Virus record (IMG/VR): IMGVR_UViG_3300012931_000035
Coordinates: 1-42,639 of that record
DNA: 42,639 nucleotides
Reading direction: 5' to 3' (one strand)
Source of the DNA: a virus
Taxonomy: Duplodnaviria; Caudoviricetes
This document shows positions 1 to 7,260 of the stretch, piece by piece (position 1 is the stretch's first letter; each line of letters begins with the position of its first letter). A program made the position numbers and the translations under genes. The notes below the pieces were generated by a model. That model ran no database searches and was not told where the DNA came from. It saw only the letters and a program-made list of their open reading frames with translations.

Positions 1-453
1 CTCCGCGCCGGGAACTTCAATGTCGTTTTTAAGCGCTTCGGTAATTGTCTTTTTATCCAGCACCTTTGACGCAGGTATTACATTGAAATAATCATCGGGG
101 ATAGCATTCTCGTCGTTTATTTTGACCGCAGGAGGGTTCTTTTGTAGTTTGATAGTAAATATACCCGTCTTAATACTTTCACGCTTTAAAAACTCCATAT
201 TCGATTGAAGATAATTTTTAAGCGATATTGCTCTGTTTTCTAATGCTTTCTTTTTATCAGCCAATCTCTTAGCTTCAGTTGCTACCGCCGTAGCGTCTGC
301 GTCTAACTCTTTAACCATTTTTGCAATGCTCAGTGCCTTTTCTTCAATCGAATCATTGATGCTGTCCAGGGTGTCTTTGAGCGTTTCTGCGTCAACATCA
401 TCCATATTTAGTAGCTCTTCATAATTAGCAGCTAATTCGTACAACTTAGCCAT
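1..453 (-). CDS. Siphovirus Gp157-family protein (runs off the window edge)
   Basis: Not in the ORF track. Read manually from ATG at 453: MAKLYELAANYEELLNMDDVDAETLKDTLDSINDSIEEKALSIAK...KLQKNPPAVKINDENAIPDDYF...EVPGAE, a typical Gp157 pattern. Confidence 0.85.
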   Translation of the reverse strand, partial: MAKLYELAANYEELLNMDDVDAETLKDTLDSINDSIEEKALSIAKMVKELDADATAVATEAKRLADKKKALENRAISLKNYLQSNMEFLKRESIKTGIFTIKLQKNPPAVKINDENAIPDDYFNVIPASKVLDKKTITEALKNDIEVPGAE

Positions 454-454
454 G

Positions 455-673
455 TTATTTCCTCCCCCATAAATCTCTGTATAACCGTTTAATATCGTTT
501 AGTCGTTGATTCTGTTGTTGCTGAGTGAATTCAAATTGGTCGATTAGCTCAAATAACTCCGTTGCTGTGTCTAAATTTATCTGAAAATTCTGATAACACG
601 ACTTGTTTATAAAGTGTGGTGGTACTACAGGTTCAGCCGCTTTACAAGCCATATTCAGTTTGTCGATGCTCAT
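455..673 (-). CDS. hypothetical early protein
   Basis: 72-aa ORF with AGGAGG RBS, abutting the Gp157 start. Confidence 0.65.
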   Translation of the reverse strand: MSIDKLNMACKAAEPVVPPHFINKSCYQNFQINLDTATELFELIDQFEFTQQQQNQRLNDIKRLYRDLWGRK

Positions 674-743
674 TGTACTTATTGCCTCCTTGAAGGTATT
701 CCCTAGTCTATAAAGAAGTTTTTAAGGTTGGGAGGTGATTATA

Positions 744-908
744 TTGTCTGGAAAACATTGTCCATTCAGAGATGAAAAACTATGCGGAGATCAATGCGAA
801 CTATTTATAAACTTTACATGTTCTATTAGGGTTGTTGCTGATTACATTCTAAAAGATTCTCAGCGACAAAAGAAGAATCAAACTCCGTATTCTCAGAACT
901 TGCGTTAA
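744..908 (+). CDS. small Cys-rich protein, antisense to the early operon (54 aa)
   Basis: GGAGGTG RBS at 731-737 and TTG start. MSGKHCPFRDEKLCGDQCELFINFTCSIRVVADYILKDSQRQKKNQTPYSQNLR. Confidence 0.55.
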   Translation: MSGKHCPFRDEKLCGDQCELFINFTCSIRVVADYILKDSQRQKKNQTPYSQNLR

Positions 909-1053
909 TTAAGTATTCGATTGCTTGCAAAACATCATGTGCGGTTTTATAATCTAGGGCTTGCTCTCCAATTACAGCAATAATTGCAGACGCGGCCTTT
1001 CTTTTTTCCTCAGTATCCAATATTTGTTTAGCGTATTCTTGATATTCATTCAT
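826..1053 (-). CDS. hypothetical protein
   Basis: 75-aa ORF co-oriented with the early operon, purine-rich RBS. Confidence 0.6.
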   Translation of the reverse strand: MNEYQEYAKQILDTEEKRKAASAIIAVIGEQALDYKTAHDVLQAIEYLINASSENTEFDSSFVAENLLECNQQQP

Positions 1054-1080
1054 TTCATTTCGCCGTCCCTTTTTTATTTA

Positions 1081-1683
1081 TTAATCCTCCTGCTTGTCCA
1101 ACTCATTTACAACAGCTTCATTCCACTGTATCTGGTATCCGCTGTGCCCGTGGCACAAATATGGCATTTCCTCTGCATATTTCTTGCCTGCATCGGTTAG
1201 TCGCCAACTTCCGTCAATCTTAGCCTGTAGACCATTATCTTCTAACAACTTATTTGCTTCAGTTGGTTTAAGACCAATCCTCTTACCTATCTCTGTGGCA
1301 TTCAGAAAGCCAGTTTCATGTTCTGCCGCCGGTAGCATCTTCTTAACCGGGGACATGTTAACCTGATAGGTTTCTTCCAACGCGTCAAACTGTTGCCATG
1401 CTTTGTCGGTATCAAGTATTTTACAATGGCGATTTGCACCGCGATTAGTCCAGAGATAAAGCTTATTTAGATTTGGCGCAAAAGGACTATTGGTCATGTC
1501 GCCCTTAAATTCCTTTAATTCCTGCCCTTGTAATAAATAATAATCTCTTCCATCAACAAATCGATCTTCATTGCGGGAAAAATTCTTAACAATGTTATTG
1601 GATTCTGTTTCATACACTTGTGCTAATTGTTGGGTTGTTAAGACCCGCTTGCCTTGATGCTCAATTATTTTTAAGTTATTCAT
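1081..1683 (-). CDS. ORF6N-domain phage antirepressor
   Basis: N-terminus with RVLTTQQLAQVYET..NFSRNEDRF..G.DYYLL and LYLWTNRGA.RH.KILDTDKAW. C-terminus resembles KilAC/ANT (NATEIG..IG...AN.LL...GLQ...W.LT..GK.Y). Confidence 0.85.
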   Translation of the reverse strand: MNNLKIIEHQGKRVLTTQQLAQVYETESNNIVKNFSRNEDRFVDGRDYYLLQGQELKEFKGDMTNSPFAPNLNKLYLWTNRGANRHCKILDTDKAWQQFDALEETYQVNMSPVKKMLPAAEHETGFLNATEIGKRIGLKPTEANKLLEDNGLQAKIDGSWRLTDAGKKYAEEMPYLCHGHSGYQIQWNEAVVNELDKQED

Positions 1684-1868
1684 TGGCTTGCCTCGTTTGT
1701 AGAGTTGGCGTTAATAAATTTTTCAACATCAGACATCCTTAAATGATAATATTTTTTAGTCCCAGTGCTTATTGCCTTTAACTTATCTTCCCGAATCCAT
1801 CGACGAATAGTGCGTGATGTTACTCCCAATTGATTAGCAATTTCCGTAGTTGAATATAATTTCTCCAC
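1680..1868 (-). CDS. excisionase-like MerR-type HTH (HTH_17) protein
   Basis: LYSTTEIANQLGVTSRTIRRWIREDKLKA. First gene of the leftward operon, next to the repressor and integrase. Confidence 0.8.
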   Translation of the reverse strand: MEKLYSTTEIANQLGVTSRTIRRWIREDKLKAISTGTKKYYHLRMSDVEKFINANSTNEASQ

Positions 1869-1930
1869 GCAATCAACCTCTTTCTCTTTATAATTTTTAC
1901 TTTCTAAACCCCAAAAATTACAAAAAGGTC

Positions 1931-1959
1931 TTGAAAATGACGTATATTCGTGTTAATAT
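1931..1959 (+). promoter_or_regulatory. rightward (lysogenic) sigma-A promoter candidate
   Basis: TTGAAA-17 bp-TAATAT with an upstream TG, pointing to the repressor and integrase. Confidence 0.55.
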
Positions 1960-2003
1960 TGTCGTATCGGGGACACAATAACATGGAAAATAACTCATTT
2001 TCG

Positions 2004-2031
2004 TTATTCGCGAACTGCAATTCGCGGATAA
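2004..2031. promoter_or_regulatory. inverted repeat/operator containing a near-consensus Firmicute LexA (Cheo) box
   Basis: TTATTCGCGAA-CTGCAA-TTCGCGGATAA (11-bp arms, 1 mismatch). The inner CGAAC-TGCA-ATTCG compares with CGAAC-N4-GTTCG. Confidence 0.5.
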
Positions 2032-2069
2032 TGCCGTATTCCTTTTATATAAATTCTTGGATTACTTTT

Positions 2070-2098
2070 ATTATAGTGCGTTGTTTTCCAATCGTCAA
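2070..2098 (-). promoter_or_regulatory. leftward (lytic) sigma-A promoter
   Basis: Minus strand TTGACG-17 bp-TATAAT, near consensus. Confidence 0.8.
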
Positions 2099-2134
2099 GG
2101 AATTTTTAGCATTAATACGGAATTTTTAACATTA
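2099..2134. repeat. tandem 16-bp direct repeat, probable repressor operator
   Basis: GGAATTTTTAGCATTA and GGAATTTTTAACATTA with a 20-bp period, abutting the -35 of the leftward promoter. Confidence 0.55.
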
Positions 2135-2153
2135 TTCTGAGAGGGATGGAAAA

Positions 2154-2564
2154 ATGCCGGTTTCAATTAGTGAACGAATTTTAACAACATTGCAGCAGCA
2201 AGGCAAAAAACAAAAAGACCTAGCCGATTTTTTGGGAATTAGAGCGGGTGCAATAAGTGACTGGAAAAACAAAGGGGTTACGCCATCACCGGTTCTATTG
2301 CCTAAAATAGCTGAATTTTTAAACGAGACAATTGATTATCTTTTGACAGGAGCAGATGATAAAGGCAACTTATCTCATAATTCGATTATCAACGGGAACA
2401 AAAATACCACATTAATCGTACAAAATGGAGAACATCATAAGCGATTGCTTGGTGAGCAAGAATCGGAATTATTACGAATATTTAATAAACTAAGCATAAA
2501 AAGAAAAGCTGCATTATTATTAGCAGCTTATGAGCACGAAGATCAAGAAAAAAACGAGGGATAA
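2154..2564 (+). CDS. CI-like XRE repressor (no recognisable S24 peptidase domain)
   Basis: KQKDLADFLGIRAGAISDWKN...LPKIAEFLNETIDYLLTG HTH_3 signature. Divergent from xis and upstream of int. Confidence 0.85.
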   Translation: MPVSISERILTTLQQQGKKQKDLADFLGIRAGAISDWKNKGVTPSPVLLPKIAEFLNETIDYLLTGADDKGNLSHNSIINGNKNTTLIVQNGEHHKRLLGEQESELLRIFNKLSIKRKAALLLAAYEHEDQEKNEG

Positions 2565-2581
2565 CAAAATAAGGAGATTAA

Positions 2582-3687
2582 ATGGCATCTTATTTTAAGC
2601 GCGGTAAAACGTGGTATTATTCTATTGATATTGGGGTTGATAAAGATGGAAAGCGAATAAAACAGTCTAGAGGAGGTTTTACTAAGAAGAAAGATGCTGA
2701 GAGCGCAGTCGCTGAACTAAAAATAGAACTGAATAACGGGTCTTTTGCCCGCGAAGCAAAAATAACTTTCCGGGACTTTTCTCAGTCATGGATGGAATTT
2801 TATAAAACGCAGGTAAAAATAAGTAGCGTCAGGGCTAGGCAAGTAGAACTTAACTTGGTCTACAAGTACTTTGACGGTATTATATTGAAAGATATTTCTC
2901 GCAAGCAATATCAAGACATGCTTATTGATCTATATAACAAGAAGTATTCGAGCAATACTCTTAAAGGAATCCATGTGCTTTGTAGGATGATATTTAAGAG
3001 AGGAATGGAAGTTGAAGCGATAAAAAGAACCCGACTGACTATGCTAGAATTCCTAAAAAAATAGAAATTAAAGACGATATCCCCAAATATATGGAAAAAG
3101 AGCAGCTAAAAACATTTCTTAGTACAGCAAAATCATACGGTAAATATGCGGATTACCAAGCGTTTCTATTATTAGCATATAGTGGGATGCGTGGTGGAGA
3201 ATTGTGTGCCTTGCAATGGGAAGATGTTGACTTTACCAATAATAAAATTAATATTAACAAAACATATTTTAATCCAAATAATAATGCTAAGAAATTTGAA
3301 CTATTGCCGCCTAAAACACCAACATCAAAAAGAATTATTGATATCGACAGCGAAGTTATGCAAGAAATAGGGAAGCTCCCTAGACGATCTGATTTTGTTT
3401 TTACGGCGAGAAAATATAAAAATCTACCAATTGGGTTAAGACTATTAGATTATCGGTTTAAAGAGCTGCTGCATCAGTCTGGTATTGGATTAGATTTAAC
3501 GCCTCATAGCCTGAGACACACACATACATCATTGTTAGCGGAGGCCGGGGTAGGATTAGAAGAAATAATGGATAGGCTTGGTCATGCTGACGATTCAACA
3601 ACCAGGAAAGTATATTTACATGTAACGCAGAAAATGAAAAAAGAGGCGACCCAAAAGTTTACTACGCTAATGGGTCGCCTGCAATAA
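2582..3687 (+). CDS. int: tyrosine integrase, split by a one-base frameshift near 3021-3026
   Basis: Arm-binding N-terminus (KTWYYSIDIG...RGGFTKKKDA). Catalytic motifs SGMRGGE, PKT, HSLRHTH, LGH and Y. Adding one A to the run at 3022-3026 gives IKKNPTDYARIPKK...MEKE and joins the two ORFs. Confidence 0.9.
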
Positions 3688-3691
3688 TGCT

Positions 3692-3927
3692 ATTTCGGTA
3701 GCAAAATGGTAGCAATTAATTTCTGGATACTTGATATACAAGGAATTTGACAGCATTACACCAATATCATCATGCTTCTAGTAAAATGTTCCGAGATCAA
3801 AGAAGTTGTCTGCGATATAAGCATGTTGTCCGGTAACTAACCAGCAACGTTGTCCCCTTGCTATATAAGCTTTCCTAGAGGTTACTATTTAAAAATGGTA
3901 GCATTTCGGTAGCATCAGATGGTAGCA
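3692..3927. other. attP region with five GGTAGCA arm-type repeats
   Basis: GGTAGCA at 3697 and 3708, then at 3897, 3908 and 3921, flanking a ~180-bp centre directly after int. Confidence 0.7.
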
Positions 3928-3951
3928 ATATAACAGAATTTTAATAGTTTA

Positions 3952-3983
3952 ACTCATTTGAGTAGGTACTTTTCTCAATTGAG
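3952..3983. promoter_or_regulatory. tandem palindromic operators upstream of the HTH gene
   Basis: ACTCATTTGAGT (3952-3963) and CTCAATTGAG (3974-3983), centres 21 bp apart. Confidence 0.5.
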
Positions 3984-4024
3984 TTGTTAATCTATATGTA
4001 AAGTTTCTGTTTCGGGGGCCGCAT

Positions 4025-4228
4025 ATGAATATAAGGGTTAGACTATTACAACTTTGCGAAGAGCATCACATTACGCCGTATAAGTTGGCCGAGAGATCAT
4101 GCCTTATGCAATCGACAATCAACAATATAACGTCAGGCAGAAACAAATCGGTGACGGTCAATACACTAGAACAAATATGTGATGGCCTAGGGATTACCGT
4201 GGCAGAGTTTTTCGAAGGTGATGATTAG
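4025..4228 (+). CDS. small XRE/Cro-like HTH regulator
   Basis: ITPYKLAERSCLMQSTINNI...TVNTLEQICDGLGITVAEFF. Confidence 0.85.
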   Translation: MNIRVRLLQLCEEHHITPYKLAERSCLMQSTINNITSGRNKSVTVNTLEQICDGLGITVAEFFEGDD

Positions 4229-4336
4229 ATGGTGGAGGAAAAGTTAAGACCAGCTACAGGGTTTGTCTATGGGGTTATCGGTGGATTGCTATGCTGGGCT
4301 ATGATAGGAATGTTATTTCTTCTTTTTAAATATTAG
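4229..4336 (+). CDS. 35-aa single-pass membrane peptide
   Basis: GAAGGTGA RBS, ATG immediately after the HTH stop. MVEEKLRPATGFVYGVIGGLLCWAMIGMLFLLFKY. Confidence 0.55.
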   Translation: MVEEKLRPATGFVYGVIGGLLCWAMIGMLFLLFKY

Positions 4337-4383
4337 TTCTAACAGTGGCAGTATATTGATCGTGAATTTGAAGTCTGGTATTT

Positions 4384-4839
4384 TCATTTAGACAATCCTT
4401 TCAGTTTCTTCATTAAATCAGCCGGGGTAACATTATCAGGGTTGAAATCGGGGAATATGTCTAAGCCTCCGGCGCGAAGGATTCTTGTTACTGCTTCGGA
4501 ACAGTCCACTGTATTATCTCCGTCACCAGGGACTGCAATACCTAGAAGATCATGTAACCCCCCATCGATACAGGCTCGGTAGCCATACGGTGTTCCAAGC
4601 AACTTCTGGCACTCTTTTTCGGCGGCCTTATAGTCTGGCAAGTCTACAGTGATAATATCGTGTTTAAAGTCATCGTAGGCTGTCAGGGGAGATTTTACAA
4701 AGCCGTTGTCTAATGCTTCGCATATCCCGCCTAGCATGAATATAGCAGCGTGGCTAGGATCGTCGTCAGGTCCTTCTGCCCAATCAATTAGCTTGCCTAT
4801 TTCGGTTACTGGATAAGAAAATAAAACTTTTGCTTCCAT
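4384..4839 (-). CDS. permuted papain-like NlpC/P60 (YiiX/YebB-like) protein
   Basis: His before Cys order: SHAAIF...EAL...LLGTPYGY...DCSEAVTRIL...VTPADL. GGAGG RBS. Confidence 0.8.
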   Translation of the reverse strand: MEAKVLFSYPVTEIGKLIDWAEGPDDDPSHAAIFMLGGICEALDNGFVKSPLTAYDDFKHDIITVDLPDYKAAEKECQKLLGTPYGYRACIDGGLHDLLGIAVPGDGDNTVDCSEAVTRILRAGGLDIFPDFNPDNVTPADLMKKLKGLSK

Positions 4840-4854
4840 ATATATACCTCCATA

Positions 4855-4884
4855 AAAAATAAGCCCCGGTTATTAGCCGGGGCC
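4855..4884 (-). terminator. intrinsic terminator
   Basis: GCCCCGG-TTATTAG-CCGGGGC stem-loop followed on the minus strand by TTATTTTTT. Confidence 0.7.
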
Positions 4885-4890
4885 TTTGTA

Positions 4891-5634
4891 TTATTTAGCT
4901 AGTTTTTTAAGTTCCGTAGTAAGGCCCGCCGTTATTCCGGCAAGCGCACCAGCAAGAGCGGCAATCTCCACCGAATTTCGAATTTTAACCCACGGGCTAG
5001 AAGTCGTAGCAATTTCTGCGCTAAGCGTTTTGATTAGTGCAGATAATCCGTCTGAAGTACTTGTTACAATGGTTTCACCGCTCGATACTAGACTTGCAGC
5101 AGCAGCGGTAGCAGCGGCTTCTTCGGCGGCGGTAGTAGTAGAAGTTGACACAGTTGATTCCTCCTCGGTAGTTGTAGTAGTTTCTTTAGTTAAGCTAATA
5201 GTTCCTGTCACAGTGGTATCGTCGGTGACAGTCAGCGTAATGCTTGCACTGGTGTATCCCGACAAAGTAGCCTTAATTTCATAGCTTCCAGCGTCCAGCC
5301 CTTCAATAGTTGCCACCCCTGTACTGTCAGTTGTAGCCGTACAAGACATATTACTTACTACATAATCAATTGTAACTCCTTCTAATATATTAGTCCCATC
5401 ATTTACTATAATTTTGGCTATTCCTGCCATAATTTCCACATCCTTTTTAAATTTTGCATATATCCACCGTATTAAGCGAGAAATGGTTTTTAGACCATAA
5501 GGGACGGCTTTGCCCGCTTCTTTCTCAACTATATTAATAATCGCCACCTTTGCGGCTTCTAGTTCAGCCTGTACGGGTGACGATTCTGCAAGTTGTATAA
5601 GATAAGGTAATACCTGTTTTTCAAGCTCATTCAA
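4891..5634 (-). CDS. protein with carboxypeptidase-regulatory/prealbumin-like beta domain and Thr/Ala-rich tail; possible second start at 5430
   Basis: LEGVTI...TTDSTGVATIEGLDAGSYEIKATLSGYTS motif. Internal AAGGATGTG RBS before in-frame M69. Confidence 0.6.
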   Translation of the reverse strand: MNELEKQVLPYLIQLAESSPVQAELEAAKVAIINIVEKEAGKAVPYGLKTISRLIRWIYAKFKKDVEIMAGIAKIIVNDGTNILEGVTIDYVVSNMSCTATTDSTGVATIEGLDAGSYEIKATLSGYTSASITLTVTDDTTVTGTISLTKETTTTTEEESTVSTSTTTAAEEAAATAAAASLVSSGETIVTSTSDGLSALIKTLSAEIATTSSPWVKIRNSVEIAALAGALAGITAGLTTELKKLAK

Positions 5635-5636
5635 GG

Positions 5637-6106
5637 CTAGTCACCCCTTAACGATGGTAACATTTCGTATAGTTTATCGCCCGGGCAGGCCGTTGCATAA
5701 TCGGGACGGCCAATAATACCAGCCACATCCCTATGTCCTATAATCTGTGTATCGGGGTATTTATCTTGATAATCAGCAATGCATTCATTTAGCGACTTAA
5801 TCTGTGCGTCTGTAGGAGTGTCTCCGGCTTGAAAGTTACCTTCTAGGCTAATCCCTACCGAACAATAATTAACTCCTTGCGCGTGTGCTCCTTGCGCCCA
5901 ATCAGGGCGGCCTTGGACAATCGTACCGTCGCCCTTGAAACCCGGTGATAGCCAATGCCATTGAAACCTTCATTAATATGTTCATCCCATATGTCTTGCG
6001 TATCCTGATTCTGCGGCCCCGCCGTATGGTGAATTACAATATACTTTGTATCCTGTCTTTCAGTTAGCCCATGGGGCCAAGGCCAATCCTTTTGCACAAT
6101 CTCCAT
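5637..6106 (-). CDS. endolysin, N-acetylmuramoyl-L-alanine amidase (Amidase_2/T7 lysozyme-like), one-base frameshift near 5938
   Basis: IVIHHTAG...GIGYH, then in the shifted frame KGDGTIVQGRPDWAQGAHAQGVNYCSVGISLEGNF...IIGHRDV...TACPG, stop at 5637-5639. Confidence 0.9.
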
Positions 6107-6110
6107 ATAA

Positions 6111-6386
6111 TCATCCCTTCCATATAATAGCTAAACCCAACAAGCCAGAAACAGCAAACGATATTGCAGCAGTAATAAAGGCGTTGGTTAATGTATCCCA
6201 ACGTCTTCCCGGCTTTTCAGCCAAGTTTGCTACCCCTGTTTTTAGGTCTTTTACCATTTCTGTTATGTAGTCTAATTTTGTATCCATTTTGGCCTGTTGC
6301 AATTCTAATTTATTACTGTTGCCTTTTAAGTCGTGGATTTCTTGCTCGCATTTATCAATGCGCTTTTCTAATGCTTCATAGTCCAT
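6111..6386 (-). CDS. XhlA-like holin candidate
   Basis: Coiled coil plus C-terminal TM helix (KPGRRWDTLTNAFITAAISFAVSGLLGLAII), directly upstream of the amidase. Confidence 0.65.
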   Translation of the reverse strand: MDYEALEKRIDKCEQEIHDLKGNSNKLELQQAKMDTKLDYITEMVKDLKTGVANLAEKPGRRWDTLTNAFITAAISFAVSGLLGLAIIWKG

Positions 6387-6387
6387 A

Positions 6388-6438
6388 TTATTTGCCGCCT
6401 TTTCTTGGAGACTTTGGAGATTTCGGTGCTTTAGCCAT
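6388..6438 (-). CDS. 16-aa basic micro-ORF MAKAPKSPKSPRKGGK
   Basis: GAAAGGTGG RBS and TAATG coupling with the upstream stop. Ends 1 nt before the next ATG. Confidence 0.5.
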   Translation of the reverse strand: MAKAPKSPKSPRKGGK

Positions 6439-6692
6439 TATTGATTACCACCTTTCAAATTCAAATTAGCGTTGCTTCCTTCTGTCCCGGACATGTTTTG
6501 TGTAATGTTCGGCGTTGAATTAGTATTGCAAAAGTAAAAATATGATACTCCTAATGACACACACGCAAAAGTTAGGCAATATGCAATTGACATAATAATT
6601 ATTGTTTTAGTTAACTTTTGGTTAATATGATCTGTTTTGTCGATCATATTGCTCATTACGTTCAGAACTTCTTTAATTTCTTCATACGGCAT
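6438..6692 (-). CDS. single-TM membrane protein in the lysis region
   Basis: Hydrophobic stretch TIIIMSIAYCLTFACVSLGVSYFYF. Confidence 0.65.
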   Translation of the reverse strand: MPYEEIKEVLNVMSNMIDKTDHINQKLTKTIIIMSIAYCLTFACVSLGVSYFYFCNTNSTPNITQNMSGTEGSNANLNLKGGNQ

Positions 6693-6702
6693 ATTCGACC
6701 CC

Positions 6703-6981
6703 CTAGAATTGATAAACTATCGCGCCGACTAATGTTGCGGCAATATCTCCACAATCAAAATTAGAATCACACCACCTTTCCTTGGCGTAAGCAATGCAAA
6801 ACACCGTCAGAGTACGCTCCAACGGTGTCAAATGTGTATGCCTATGCAATTGGTCGTTGATAATATATCCAGCGCCTATGTGCGACCATTTGTCCATTGG
6901 CAAGCTATTTTCTATTGGATTAGCGCAACATATTGGCATTGCTAATAAAAGCAGTATTGTTATGATGATTTTCTTAAACAT
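6703..6981 (-). CDS. exported/membrane protein with DKxxH motif (YfiM/DUF2279-like)
   Basis: Signal-like MFKKIIITILLLLAM, then DKWSHIGAGY...AYAKE..D..FD.GDIAATLVGA. Confidence 0.55.
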   Translation of the reverse strand: MFKKIIITILLLLAMPICCANPIENSLPMDKWSHIGAGYIINDQLHRHTHLTPLERTLTVFCIAYAKERWCDSNFDCGDIAATLVGAIVYQF

Positions 6982-7246
6982 CAGTAGCACTCGAAAATTC
7001 AGACAAGGTCTTTAAGTATACATATCCCTGCTTAATGAAATTCGTAGCCCCATCCGCAACTGAAGTCGTAAATACATATGTATTAGATTCTAAGCACGGA
7101 GTATCTTCCGTATATGCACTTTGACTGACATAAGACTTAACTTCGATTGACATTAGTGATTTATTACCCATAATTGAATAAATACGGCAATAAGCATTCT
7201 CTGCACTCAGCCCGTTTGTCAATGTTATTGTTTTTAATAATGCCAT
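6974..7246 (-). CDS. tail-fibre-associated small protein (chaperone-like)
   Basis: Directly after the fibre gene, GAGGAG RBS, MALLKTI...NFIKQGYVYLKTLSEFSSATDV. Confidence 0.6.
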   Translation of the reverse strand: MALLKTITLTNGLSAENAYCRIYSIMGNKSLMSIEVKSYVSQSAYTEDTPCLESNTYVFTTSVADGATNFIKQGYVYLKTLSEFSSATDV

Positions 7247-7260
7247 ATAAAAAACACTCC

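Noticed and set aside
3021-3027. Programmed -1 frameshift controlling the integrase
   Set aside because: The run is one A short of a canonical A AAA AAG heptamer in the required frame, and similar one-base losses occur elsewhere in the window, so error is more likely.
3756-3776. att core matching the groEL 3' end
   Set aside because: TTACACCAATATCATCATGC only loosely resembles the reverse complement of a GGC ATG ATG TAA ending. It cannot be supported without a host sequence.
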